Source: an uncultured virus (IMG/VR IMGVR_UViG_3300036832_000815) (taxonomy: Duplodnaviria > Heunggongvirae > Uroviricota > Caudoviricetes). Taken from it: DNA of 64,000 nucleotides. How positions within the stretch are numbered: position 1 is the first letter of the stretch; each line of letters begins with the position of its first letter. Under the pieces are notes generated by a model, which made no database searches, had not been told where the DNA came from, and saw nothing but the letters and a program-made list of their open reading frames with translations. The DNA lies in IMG/VR virus record IMGVR_UViG_3300036832_000815. The stretch is one strand, 5' to 3'. Made by a program: the position numbers and the translations under genes. Shown here one piece after another: positions 29,624-40,800 of the stretch.

Positions 29624-32467
29624 ATGACCACCACCCATGCGCTTTACCCCGATCGGGTCGTCCTGCGCTCCGGCCGCCTGGCTGATGTCGATGAGCGGGG
29701 CCGGGCCGAACTCGTCACCTGCCCCTGGCTGGTCCAGGTGCCCTCGAATCATCCCGAGCCCGACTCCGAGGCCGACTGCTGGGTCACCCGTGATTGCGGG
29801 GCTCCAGCCTTCGCCATCGACGGTGACGCTGACGCCGGTTGGCGCTGCTCGAACGGCCATCATCACTACACCTACGGCTCCCCCCGCTGGGCCGCCGAGG
29901 ATCAGGCTGAGGCCGCCGTCGAGTACGCCGCCTCTTACGACCCCGATATCGCCCGCCGCCTGGACGCCGGGGAGTCCTGGCAGGCCATCGCCGGGTACGA
30001 CGACGAGGACGGGGATGCCGACGACTATTGGGAGCGCCAGGCCGAGGCCCGCCAAGAGGCCCGCATGGACGCCCGCGACGACGCCCGTGAGTGGGGCGGA
30101 GAGGACATCCCGTCATGACCACCGAACTGCCCAAGCTGGTCCACAAGGCCGAGGCCCATCCCACCTTCGCCGGGGATGGGGCCTCGACCTGTGTGGTCTG
30201 CCACCGGGGCATCCACAAGGTGCCCGGTGGGAGCGGCCCGGTGTGGGTCCATGATGACGGCTACGTGACCGGCCCCGGCTCACCCCCCGAACCCGCCGAG
30301 ACGGCCATCGTCATCACCGTGCCCGACACCGATGGCATCCAGGTGCTGGTGCGGATCTCCGGCCACCTCGACAAGGACACCGTGGCCGTGGACTTCCGCC
30401 CTCACCACCAGGCGTCCTGGACCCCGTCCGACTTCTTCCCCAACAGCGTAGGAGTGCATCACCAATGACCACCAAAACGCGTCTACCCAAGCCCGTCACC
30501 ATGAGCGAGCGGGAAGGCTGGGGCAACCGCCCCGACGCCTTCCGGCCCTTCTTCTGCAACGGCCGCCCGGACGGCACCACCTACACCCTGACCATGCTGG
30601 ACGCCATGATCCACGCCTGCCAGTTCGCCACCGCCGTGGACCGCGAGGGCCAGGACCCCGAGTGGCAGCAGCTTTACGACTGGGCCGAGCTATGGGAGCC
30701 CAAGCTGCAAGCGGCCAAGGCGGCCCCGCCCTGCGATGAGGCCCTGGTCCCCGACGTGCCCTGGATCCCTGCCGATCGCACCGCCCGCATGGGCCTCTTC
30801 GAGGTGTGCCAGGACTTCGTGGAGTACGAGCATGCCCAGGCCGTGGTGGTCCGTAATGAGTTCGGCCATCCCACCGGAGCCTACGAGTACGACGACAACG
30901 AGACCTACTGGCTTGTTACCCTTCTCGAAGGCTCTGACATTGTCCTAGATCCCGACTCTTTCAAGGAGCTAACCACCACATGACCACCACACCCGAGACC
31001 ACCCCTAAAGAGCGCCAGAACTTTGGCTTCGACGTAGGCCCCATGCACTTCGGCCGGGCCGGTATCATCGCTCGTCCCACCGAGCGTTCCATGACCGGCA
31101 ACTTCATCCTCGAAGCCGGACCAGCTTTGCGTAATGGCGGTTGGACCAAGAGCCTGCACATCGTGCTGACCCCTGACGAGGCCCGTGAGTTCCACGCCGC
31201 CCTGGGCCAGCTACTGGAGACCCAACCATGACCATCAACGAGACCCCCATCCCCCACATCCCCAAGACCTACCACCGCTACGCCATGACGCCCGAGGAGC
31301 GCATCAACAGCTTCGCGGACATGGCCCAAGCCATCCTGGAGAACCTGGATGAGCAGCAGCGCCGGGCGGCAGCGGGTGTTGAGGGCGAGGAGGAGCATCC
31401 CGTTGCCATGATCTGCCTGTCCTTGGCTGCCGCCTACGTGGAGGGAGCCCATGATGGTCGCAGCCATGGTTACGCCGATGGCTTCCTGCGTGGGAAGGGC
31501 GGTCCCACGCCATGAGAATCGAAGGCCCCATCGTCAACAAGACCGTCCACATTCCGGCCCATGACATCGAGGTGCTGGACGTGGACGCCTACTGGAACCT
31601 GGACTATTACGGCGACTACGCCCCCAACGAGGAGCCCATGAACCTGTACGCCAAGGTGGCCTGGCCCACCGTCGCCGCGGCCCAGGCTCAGTTCCGCACC
31701 GAGAAGCTGGCCCGTGAGGCTGAGACCCAGCAGGCCCGCCAGGGCACCCAGGAGGCCCGTAGAGCGGCCCTACGGGCTCGCAAGGCGCAAGGCCGGGCCT
31801 ATGCGGCCCAGAAGGCCCAGGAGACTGCTCAGTGACCCTCAAGGGCCAGAGGGAGATCCCCGCCATCGAGATCGAGATCGGGGACCTGCTGTGGCTGGCC
31901 GACTCCTGGGCCAAGGTCACCGGCTGGTACCTGGGGGCCAAGGGCAAGGTCCGCATCGAGGTCAACGACACCTGGATCGAGCGCTCCAAGACCCAGCACG
32001 TCTGGGTCCAGCGCGCCCCTCTGCTGTGTCAGACCTGCGGCCAGCCGCCCGAGGACCACGCCGACTCCGACGCCGGACCCATGACCGTCTGCCCCCGTGC
32101 CTGACACTCGCAGCCCCGAGGAGCAGGCCGCCGACGCCATCGGCTTCGGCTTGCACCTCTGCGGCCTGCCCTTGATGGTGCTGACCCGCCAGTCAAACGG
32201 CATCCGTTATGACTACCTGTGGTGCCCGAACTGCGAGGAGGAGGCGTGAGCGGCCCACTGGCCCAGCATCACCTCTTCACCAACCCGGCCAGCGTCGGGA
32301 CGGTCACCTGCCTGGCCTGTGGCCGTCGCTATGACCTGGACAATGGCTGGCAGGCCCTGATTGACCCCTGCATCGACGGGGTGTCCACCGGGCTGTCCGA
32401 GGCCGAGGCCAAGCGCCAGTGGCTGGTCAGCTTCTTCGACCTGCTCGGGCGGGCCATCGAGCTATGA
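29624..32467 (+). other. Operon of small CDS: 29624-30118, 30115-30468, 30465-30983, 30980-31231, 31228-31515, 31512-31835, 31832-32104, 32097-32249, 32246-32467
   Basis: Near-continuous ATGA/GTGA coupling. Confidence 0.7.
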
Positions 32468-32838
32468 GCCACACTCCCTGGGTGCCTGACCTCGACCTCG
32501 GGGACGGTCATTCCCTGATCTGGACCGACTGGGATCCCGACCCGGTCTTGAACCCTCAGTGGGCTCACCTGCCCCCAGATGGGCCTGGAGAGCATCACGG
32601 GGCCATCGTGCGCCATCCCATAGGTCCCAACCCCCAGGAGTGGGCCAAGGATGCTCTACCGCCCAATCTGTGCGAGTCCGCCATCACCTTCGACACTGCC
32701 CGCAACCGGGCCGGAAGCTGGGCCGACAAGGCCATCTGGCAGGTGCAGTCCTGGAGCCCGTTCACCATCTCCCCTTCGCTGCTCTGCTCCTGTGGTGACC
32801 ACGGCTTCATCCGGGAGGGCCGGTGGGTCCGAGCATGA
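32464..32838 (+). CDS. DUF6527-like protein
   Basis: W..Q...PFTISPSLLCSCGDHGFIREGRW. Confidence 0.55.
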   Translation: MSHTPWVPDLDLGDGHSLIWTDWDPDPVLNPQWAHLPPDGPGEHHGAIVRHPIGPNPQEWAKDALPPNLCESAITFDTARNRAGSWADKAIWQVQSWSPFTISPSLLCSCGDHGFIREGRWVRA

Positions 32839-33416
32839 GTTGTCCGGTCTGTGATCAGCCGCCGCTCACCGAGTGGCGCTGCTGGCACTGGTACACCCTG
32901 CTCGGGGTCCGCCACGCCTGCCGCCTGCGGGCTAACCACCCCAAGTCCCATCATGGCGACGGGCTGCGTTGGTGGACCTACGGCAATGGCCGCACCGCCA
33001 AGGTGCGCTGCGCTCAGGCTCTGCCTCGGTGAGCGGTCGCTGCCCCAACTGCGGGGGCCAGTATCCCTTCCGGTACGGTCCTCATCCCACCTGGATCCCC
33101 TGCGAGCGCTACCTGACCAGCCCCTGCCGGGACGGTGACCATGAGGAGTGCCGGGACCGGCTCAGTTGCCAGTGCGACTGCCACGCCCACGATCCCCTGA
33201 GCTATCGTAAGCAAGTTAGCTTGATAGAGGAGGATCCTGATGGAACCGCTTGAATGGCACCGGTACAAGCACATGCGCCGGGGCAAGGCCCGCAGGGCGG
33301 CGGCCGCCATGGATAACGCCCTGCTGCGCCGCTACGGCACCGAGTGGACGGGCCGGGTGCCCTGGGTCTGCACCCAGGAGTTCGTCCGCGAGTGCCAGCA
33401 CCGAGGGCTGATCTGA
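32835..33416 (+). other. Micro-ORFs: 32835-33032, 33029-33253, 33240-33416
   Basis: Overlapping starts/stops; first two Cys/His-rich. Confidence 0.5.
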
Positions 33417-33763
33417 GCGCTGCTCCCTGCCCGACCTGCCCCTGGCGCAAGAGCAGCACCGTGGGCGGCTTCGACATACCGGGCTTCTCCCTGGAGAAGA
33501 TGAGAGGGCTCTCCAACACCGTCCCTGGGCCTGGCTGCCCCGGAGACGCCTTCCGGCCCATGATGGCCTGTCACGGCTCCCAGGAGGGCGCTGAGGGCGT
33601 GTGCCGGGGCTATGCCTACGTGGAGGGCTGGAGCAATCTGGCCTTCCGGCTGGTGGCCATGCGGGGCGAGATCGACCTGGACCAGCTTGACCGGGCCTGT
33701 GAGGGTCTGGACCTGTGGGGCAGCTTCTCCGAGATGCTGGCCGCCTACGAAGAGGCCCAGTGA
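33392..33763 (+). CDS. DUF6283-like protein
   Basis: PCPTCPWRK...MACH...VCRGY...NLAFRL. Confidence 0.6.
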   Translation: MPAPRADLSAAPCPTCPWRKSSTVGGFDIPGFSLEKMRGLSNTVPGPGCPGDAFRPMMACHGSQEGAEGVCRGYAYVEGWSNLAFRLVAMRGEIDLDQLDRACEGLDLWGSFSEMLAAYEEAQ

Positions 33764-33768
33764 GACAT

Positions 33769-33800
33769 CGGCCGCCCCCGATCTGAGGGCGGCCGTTTTT
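33769..33800 (+). terminator. Intrinsic terminator ending the accessory array
   Basis: CGGCCGCCC / GGGCGGCCG stem then TTTTT. Confidence 0.8.
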
Positions 33801-33845
33801 CGGGTGGACTCCAACCATCAGGCTGGAAGGACGTTTCACCTCCTT

Positions 33846-33881
33846 CCACCCCTTCGAGGCGCTCAGTCACCCGGTCACAGG
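33846..33881 (-). promoter_or_regulatory. Putative late promoter motif, minus-strand copy
   Basis: CCTGTG-N12-AGCGC-N3-GAAGGGGTGG. Confidence 0.55.
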
Positions 33882-33904
33882 GCTTACGAGCGCCTCATGT
33901 CATC

Positions 33905-34669
33905 TCATGTGATTGGTGCGGTCCAGGTGACAGCCCATGTCTGTGGTCCTACGAGGCCATCGACTGTCAGGTGTTTTTCTGCCTGAAACTGCCTGCAGAT
34001 GTTGTACGAGTCATTTCCGTATATTTGATCCACGGCAATGCCCCATCCCCTGCTCCGCATCTTGTTCTGCCAGGTCCGCACATCGGCCACGGTGTGGTTG
34101 TGGCCGTAGGCCGGGCCGAAGTAGTCCACATGCATGGCGGGCACCACGGTGGGCTTGTTGGGGACCGGCGGGGGCTTGGCCGGAGGCGTGCCCCCGATGG
34201 AGTTCAGGATGGTCTGGCGGCGGTTCTTCCGCAGATCCCCAGGACAGCCCCCATGACCACCCCAGGCCGCTCCGCCCATGCCGTGCCAGCCGAAGCCGGG
34301 CTGACCGGGGGCCTCGGAGGTCACCTTGGACCAGCGGTAGGTGCCGATGCCCCAGTTGTACAGCCGGGCCAGCATGGCCTCCTGGGCCGCCGTCAACGGC
34401 TCGGTCACAAACCCCTCGGTCTCGACCGAGTTATAGGTGCTGTTCCCGGCCGACTGCGCCCAGGCGCAAATGTCCGCATCGACGTATTGTTCCAGAATGC
34501 CCGATTTGGACACCCACCAGGTCGAAGAGGCCCCGGCGGTGGGATTGTTGAACCAGCCGCTGAGCCCGTTGTTGCCCTCCTGCACATGGAGGACGAGTCC
34601 CAGATGCGAGCCCATCCGGCCGCCATGGTTGCGGACGGGTTTCCACACTGCGAACGGGCAGACGGTCAT
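33905..34669 (-). CDS. Endolysin: Amidase_2 plus peptidoglycan-binding domain
   Basis: LVLHVQEG...QYVD....AWAQ...SVETEG...GWH...CPG; C-terminal FQAEKHLTVDGLVGPQTW. Confidence 0.88.
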   Translation of the reverse strand: MTVCPFAVWKPVRNHGGRMGSHLGLVLHVQEGNNGLSGWFNNPTAGASSTWWVSKSGILEQYVDADICAWAQSAGNSTYNSVETEGFVTEPLTAAQEAMLARLYNWGIGTYRWSKVTSEAPGQPGFGWHGMGGAAWGGHGGCPGDLRKNRRQTILNSIGGTPPAKPPPVPNKPTVVPAMHVDYFGPAYGHNHTVADVRTWQNKMRSRGWGIAVDQIYGNDSYNICRQFQAEKHLTVDGLVGPQTWAVTWTAPIT

Positions 34670-34788
34670 GCTTCCTCCACCGGGGGCTGGTCGGGATGGG
34701 GCTCTTCGGGCACGTCGGGCTCGTCGGGATGCTCACCGGCAGGCTTGTCGCCGCCCAGGTCATCCTGCGTGGGTGGGGTGTCGCTCAT
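34666..34788 (-). CDS. 40-aa acidic Pro-rich peptide
   Basis: MSDTPPTQDD...EEA; ATGA overlaps on both sides. Confidence 0.6.
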   Translation of the reverse strand: MSDTPPTQDDLGGDKPAGEHPDEPDVPEEPHPDQPPVEEA

Positions 34789-35051
34789 GCTGGCTCCTCG
34801 GGCGTGGGCTCGGTGGTCGGTGCGGGCGCGGGTCCGGCCGGGGTGGGCTCTTCGGCTCTGGCCTCGGTCCTGGCATCGACGCCGTACTTGGGCTCCTCCA
34901 TGGCTGCCGGGTTGGCCTCGGGCACCGGTCGGGCTCCGGGCGGCTCGTTCTCCAGGTTGACCGGGGGCATGCCGGGCTCGGCTTCTACCACCTCGGGCTC
35001 TTCCTCGGATGGGGCGGGTACGGGCTCTGGCTCTGGGGTGGTATCGGTCAT
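34785..35051 (-). CDS. 88-aa acidic Pro/Glu-rich protein
   Basis: Start at MTDTTPEPE. Confidence 0.6.
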   Translation of the reverse strand: MTDTTPEPEPVPAPSEEEPEVVEAEPGMPPVNLENEPPGARPVPEANPAAMEEPKYGVDARTEARAEEPTPAGPAPAPTTEPTPEEPA

Positions 35052-35085
35052 AGGGTTATCTTGATGCTTTGGCTGGAGGTCCGCA

Positions 35086-35274
35086 ATGACCAAATGGCTT
35101 ATCCACAACGAAGGCACCGGCACTGTAGATGTGCTGAAGGATCGCAAGAGCTTTGCTTACGATCTGGATGACGTAGACGAGGCTCTTTATCGAATCAAGC
35201 GCCATCGCCAATATGACAAGAGCGATACGATCGAGGTCGTAGACCCGGATGGCTATCGGCATCGTCTGACCTAG
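35086..35274 (+). CDS. Small hypothetical protein
   Basis: GGAGG upstream; 62 aa. Confidence 0.6.
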   Translation: MTKWLIHNEGTGTVDVLKDRKSFAYDLDDVDEALYRIKRHRQYDKSDTIEVVDPDGYRHRLT

Positions 35275-35276
35275 CT

Positions 35277-35312
35277 CCTGTCCGCGCCAGGACGAGAGCC
35301 GTGAAGGGGTGA
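35277..35312 (+). promoter_or_regulatory. Putative late promoter motif
   Basis: CCTGTC-N12-AGAGC-N3-GAAGGGGTGA. Confidence 0.7.
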
Positions 35313-35321
35313 GGTGCGCCC

Positions 35322-37802
35322 GTGATCAAGTACGCCAGCCTGGAGATCCTCTCCTTCGAGTACGGCGATGACGGTCCCATTCGTCGCCAAGCTCACCGGG
35401 CCGACTTTCGCTACGATCCGAGGCCCGGCTTTCTGTATGTTCGATCACGGGCCATCTCATCCCGCTGCAACGACAACTACGATGACTTCCCGGCCAGTGA
35501 GATCATCAAGGGCTATCGCAGCTTCTTAGGCAAGCCGGTCTTCGTCAATCACGTCAACGACGACCATCGTCGGGCCAGGGGCGTGGTCATCGACGCCGCC
35601 TTGCATCACGATGTCAACCCCAATGGCACCCCCGACGTGTGGTGCGAAGTGCTGATGGAAGTGGACGCCCATCGCTTTCCCAAGCTGGCTCAGGCCATCG
35701 TCTTGGGCCATATCGACAAGACCTCCATGGGTGTCGATGTGGAGTACTCCATCTGCAGTGCTTGTGGGAACAAGGCTACAAATCCGGCTGAGTATTGCCG
35801 TCATATCCCCCAGATGAAGGGCTCCAAGATCGTCCGGCGCAATGCCAAGACCGGTAGACCAGAGGAGCATTTGATCTTTGAGACCTGCTATGGCCTGAGC
35901 TTCTTCGAGAACTCGTTGCTGGTGGAGGATCCTGCTGATCCCACCGCCTACTTCCTGGGCGTGGACACCCGAGGCTTGCATCGCACGGCCGCGGCCCGGT
36001 GGCGCTACGACGAGCGCGACACCAAGCAGCAGCGAGCCATCCTGCGCTCGAACCGCTCGGCCCAGAAGGCCCGTGAGCTATTCCCGCCCGGCACCAGGGT
36101 CAAGCCCCGGCCCTCCAAGGACGAGGAGCCCACGGCCCGCGGCACCGTCAACCGCCATGTGCCCGGCTCTGACGCACAGGGCGGCACCCTGGTCATCGAC
36201 TGGGACTCCGGGGTCACCGGCCGTCACGGTCCCATCTCCATCCTGCGTGACGACGCGCCACCGCCCAAGACCGGGCTGCGAGCCTTCGCCAGTTCAGATG
36301 AAGAAGGCCCTCGTACCGGCGAGTTCGGGGATGAACACGTCATGGTGCATGTCCACCAGTTCAAGCCGGGCCAGTACTACCTCCGCAACCTGTCGGTCCA
36401 CCCCAACTATCGGGGCGAGGGTATCGGGCGACGGTTTATGAAGTCCATCACCGACGAGCATGACCGCAACGGCTCCAAGCTGGTGCTGCACACGGCCCAG
36501 CCCGGCCTGGTCGATTGGTACAAGACCATGGGCTTCAAGCCCACCGAGTACGACGACTTCTTCAAAGCCCAACGCATGGAAAGAGAGCCACAGAAGCCCA
36601 TGCAAAGCTCGGTGACAAGTGGCCTGTTAAGATTCATAGCCGTGGCTGAGGAAGAGAATGATGACCTGAGCAGTTTGAGCCCCATGGAGATCGACCAGCG
36701 TCTGGGCGATCACCATGACAAGCTGTCCACCCATCTGGGCCGTCAGCACTCGGCCCTGCGGGAGATGCACTACGCCGTGGGCGACTCCGAGAGCGGCCGG
36801 GGCCGATCCAAGTCCTGGCGTAAGACCCACGCCGAAGTCCTGGGCACCGACACCACCGGCATGAACCCCCGGCGGGCGCGGGACTACGAGCGGGCGCGCA
36901 ACGCCTACGACTCGGCCGGTCAAGACGCCTCCACCGAGATGGGCCACATCGGCCGCCATGAGGACGAGTTCCGCAAGCGGGGCGGCTGGTCGCGGTTTTT
37001 CTTAGTCCCGGATGGACATATTCACTCGTCCATGCAATGCCACTCCTGCCACCCCACCACCCAGTTCTCCTGGCTGCCGCACCTGTCCGGCAAGACCGAG
37101 GGCGAGGCCGTCGAGGCCCACGGCCCCCACCTCTGCACCCACTGCTTCAAGTCCGCCCCCACCGAGTGGAAGCGCAACCCGGCCGAGACCCGCGCCGAGG
37201 AGAAGAAGCAGTCCGGCGAGTACTGCGAAGGCGGCAAGGCCAGCAGCTACCCTGACAGCGAGGAGCGCCAGCGCCGGGCCGCCGAGCATCCCAAGGGCCT
37301 GATCCGCCTGGACCCCGGTGAGGCCATGTTCTCCCCGCGCAAGCGCAGCTACGTGGGCCGCTGCCCCACCTGCAAGACCATGCAGAAGGTCAAGAACGAC
37401 GGCGAGTTCTACCAGCACAAGCCGCCCGAGCCCACCGAGGAGAAGCCCCAGCCCAAGCCGGAGCCACCGGCCACCACGGTCATGACCCCGCCGCGGGAGG
37501 AGCCCAAGCCTGCTGCCCCGGCCCCTGGTCCCAGCGACTTCGGGCCGCACACCGTGCCCCAGCTACCCCACCCCGACGAGAAGAAGGTCAAGTCCCATCT
37601 GAGGAAGGACCACGGGCTGCCTTACGCCGGGATCAAGAACATCGAGACCCGCAAGACCCTGATGGACGCCCATGAGGACATGCACGCCAACCCCAACTCC
37701 TGGGTCATCAACGGCCACACCCACCCCGAGGCCAAGGAGGGCTCCAGGAAGGGCCTGAGCGGCTTCGCGGCGGGCGGAGGTGGTGATGGTTGGGGTCATT
37801 AG
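35322..37802 (+). CDS. Capsid maturation protease (Bxz1-like) fused to GNAT and other modules
   Basis: YVRSRAISSR.NDNYD.FP...GKPVFVNH...TSMG.DV..S.CS.CGN...FFENSLLVEDPADPTA in the first ~220 aa; GNAT LSVHPNYRGEGIG...WYKTMGF. Confidence 0.8.
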   Translation: MIKYASLEILSFEYGDDGPIRRQAHRADFRYDPRPGFLYVRSRAISSRCNDNYDDFPASEIIKGYRSFLGKPVFVNHVNDDHRRARGVVIDAALHHDVNPNGTPDVWCEVLMEVDAHRFPKLAQAIVLGHIDKTSMGVDVEYSICSACGNKATNPAEYCRHIPQMKGSKIVRRNAKTGRPEEHLIFETCYGLSFFENSLLVEDPADPTAYFLGVDTRGLHRTAAARWRYDERDTKQQRAILRSNRSAQKARELFPPGTRVKPRPSKDEEPTARGTVNRHVPGSDAQGGTLVIDWDSGVTGRHGPISILRDDAPPPKTGLRAFASSDEEGPRTGEFGDEHVMVHVHQFKPGQYYLRNLSVHPNYRGEGIGRRFMKSITDEHDRNGSKLVLHTAQPGLVDWYKTMGFKPTEYDDFFKAQRMEREPQKPMQSSVTSGLLRFIAVAEEENDDLSSLSPMEIDQRLGDHHDKLSTHLGRQHSALREMHYAVGDSESGRGRSKSWRKTHAEVLGTDTTGMNPRRARDYERARNAYDSAGQDASTEMGHIGRHEDEFRKRGGWSRFFLVPDGHIHSSMQCHSCHPTTQFSWLPHLSGKTEGEAVEAHGPHLCTHCFKSAPTEWKRNPAETRAEEKKQSGEYCEGGKASSYPDSEERQRRAAEHPKGLIRLDPGEAMFSPRKRSYVGRCPTCKTMQKVKNDGEFYQHKPPEPTEEKPQPKPEPPATTVMTPPREEPKPAAPAPGPSDFGPHTVPQLPHPDEKKVKSHLRKDHGLPYAGIKNIETRKTLMDAHEDMHANPNSWVINGHTHPEAKEGSRKGLSGFAAGGGGDGWGH

Positions 37803-40800
37803 CCCCACGGGCTTACAGGACTTCGTAGCGGCCCTGGGGGCCAAGACCGACGAGATCTCGGTGGCGGGCCTGGCCGTGGTGGCCCGCGACACCGGCCGGG
37901 TGCTGATGCTGCAGCGCCTGCTCGATGGTAAGGATCCGGCCGGAGGCACCTGGGAGTTTCCAGGCGGGCACATCGATCCTGGTGAATCACCCATCGAGGG
38001 TGGTATCCGGGAGTGGAAAGAGGAGCTTGGCTGTCCACTGCCACCTGGCAAGGTGGGCGGCTCCTGGACCTCCAAGAAGATCTATCAGGGCTTCGTCTAC
38101 GTGGTCGATCGGGAGGACATGGTCGAGATCAACGACGACCATGAGGACCGTCACGTCCTGAACCCCGACGATCCCGACGGCGACGGCATCGAGGTGGCGG
38201 CCTGGTGGGATCCCGCTGACCTGCCCGACATGCCCGCCCTGCGCCCGGAGTGCAAGACCACCGATTGGTCGCTGTTTAGACCCAGTGCCATCAAGAAGGT
38301 AGCCAAAGAGAGTCTCGAATCCTGGTATCAGAACGTTGAGAACTACCAGGGCACGGTCGGTAACAAAGGCCATATCACCCGCAACGCCCAGATGCTGTTG
38401 CCCACGCATCTGGTGGCGAACATGCCCGGCAATGTGGACGAGCGGCCCGGTGAGCATCGCACTCGTCAGGGCCAGGACTGGGAGGACTTCAAGGATGACA
38501 TCGCTACCCACGGCATCAAAGACCCCCTCTTCGTCACCGTGCAGCATGGTCAGCAACCACGGCTGTCTGAGGGCAACCACCGTCGCGACGCCGCGGTTGA
38601 GCTAGGGCTCAAGCACGTCCCGGCCTTCGTCCGCTACTACGGCCACGCCGAGCAGACCAGCGACCTGGAGGACCAGGCCCGCAAGTGGTGGACCTACAAT
38701 CCCCAGCACCTGCCCAAGGAGGCCGCCTATGACCTGCTGGGACCGGGCAAGGGCCATTACTTCGAGCCGGAGGAGGAGGGCAGCGACTGGTGCGCCGTGT
38801 GTGGTCATCACCAGAGCGTCACCCGGCATCCGCCCAAGGAGGGCCTGCGGGCTTTCGTAGCTGTCAACCATCAATATCTTTTTCACACTTCCCCACCTCA
38901 TAATCGAGAAAGTATTACCGAGAAGGGTTTACTTCCTCATACGCCATTTGCGCATGATGTAAATCAACCTGACCTTCCTCATGGGGTTTATCTTGATTCT
39001 GATGAAAAGATGGCTCTTGATACTGGAAACGATTATGGAGAAGATGTATGGAAGGCGGATGTCACTGGGTTGAAAACTCATGTTGATCCGTGGTGGGAGG
39101 GGGTTACTCATAGGTCCAACACAAGTCATTATGTCGAGGAAGCGATTCCGCCTCATCGTTTAACTTTGCATCGGCCTGCACCATCTCACCATCATGAAGC
39201 TGGTTTAGCGGCCTTTGTGGCCGTCAACAGTTCAGATGAAGTACCACCGCCGATGGGGGAGTCACCCATCCCCGAGGGCCATGTGCGGCTGTTCCATCAG
39301 ACTTCGGTGAAACAGGCCGAGTCGGTGCGCCAGCACGGTCTGACCATGGAGCATGCCCGTGATATCAGCGGGCCGCGTGGCATTTGGGCCAGTCACGGCA
39401 CCCGTTTCTACGGCGAAGGCGATGAGCATGCCACGGTGGAGTTTCACGTCCCTTACGACGAGCTACGCGATACCGCTGGAGGTCAGTCTCCCCATCGAGG
39501 TCAGCCCCAGGAGGACTGGGAGAAAAGCACCCACCACACCCTGATCATCCCCCGCAGTATCAAGCCGCATGAGATCTCGGCTATCCATCTGCCCTGGCAC
39601 AATCGTTATCACTACTTCCATGATAATGGCATGACCGATGAGGTGAAGAAGGGTGAGTTCGACAACCTGGCCGACATGAAGGACTACGGCCCGGCCATCG
39701 ACAAGATCAAGCGGGAGGGCATGCGCCATCTGGCCATGAACGCCGAGGACGAGGTGCCGCCTCGATTGGGGACCGCGCCCATCCCCGAGGACCACGTCCG
39801 GCTCTACCATCACACCTGGAGCCGCAATGTCCCCAGCATCCGGGAGCATGGCCTGCTGGCCGAGATGGGCCAGGGTGACAGCGGTAAGGGCTATGGTAAC
39901 GAGGCTTCAGCCGGAGTGTGGGCGGCCAGCCAGCATCCCGAGCCGGATCCCCAGAGCGACCGGCATGTGATCGAGTTCCACGCCCATCCCAGAGATATCG
40001 ATGTCAACGGGCCTTCCCCTGGATCCGATATCCACAAGTGGAACCAGGGCGATCACAACGTCCTGATGCGGGGCAGTGTCAAGCCCGAGAACATCCTGGC
40101 TATCCATGCTCCCTGGCATACCGCTTATCATCAGATCAACAATGATGCCCGCGACCGGGAGGATGTGAAAAACGGCAAGCTGGACTGGGTCCATAACGAT
40201 CCCAGCATGAAAGAGGTCAGCAAGGCCGTCCACAAGATCCAGTCCGAGGGCAAGAAGACCCGCAACACCGAGAAGCCCCAGCAATGCAAGTGGTGCAAGC
40301 AGCCCGCCACCAAGTCCATGCTCTGGGCCGAGGGTATGGCTTACATCCCCACCTGTGACCAGCATGAAGCAAAGACCCGTGATCACATTGAGGACAAGGA
40401 GAATGACGAGGTCGTCGCGGTCCATCAGATCAAGCATGGGGCCAAGCAGCCTTACATCGGCAAGGGCTGGTGGCTGACGCCCGAGGGCAAGAGGATCGGC
40501 GTCTACGATCACTACGAGACCACCCCTGGCATGGCTCGGCAGATGATCCGCCCGCACATGGCCGAGAGTGGACAAGTAAGGGTCCGTAGCTTCAACAATC
40601 AACTCAACGTGCAAACGTCGAGACCGTTCACCGATGCCCAACGCCAGTCTTTGCTGCTCGATGCCGACAAGCATTCCCGCATGTTCGTGGACGTGCTGCA
40701 CCCCGACACCGAGGAGTCCATCCACTCCGAGTCCGGTGGTCCCGAGGACGCCGATCGCCTGCTGGCCCGAGCCCACCGGGCCGCCATCCCCAAGACGGCC

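Noticed and set aside
37780..37802. Programmed frameshift joining the 826-aa and 1919-aa ORFs
   Set aside because: No clear slippery heptamer, and a GGAGG SD before ATG 37786 explains independent initiation. Not fully excluded.
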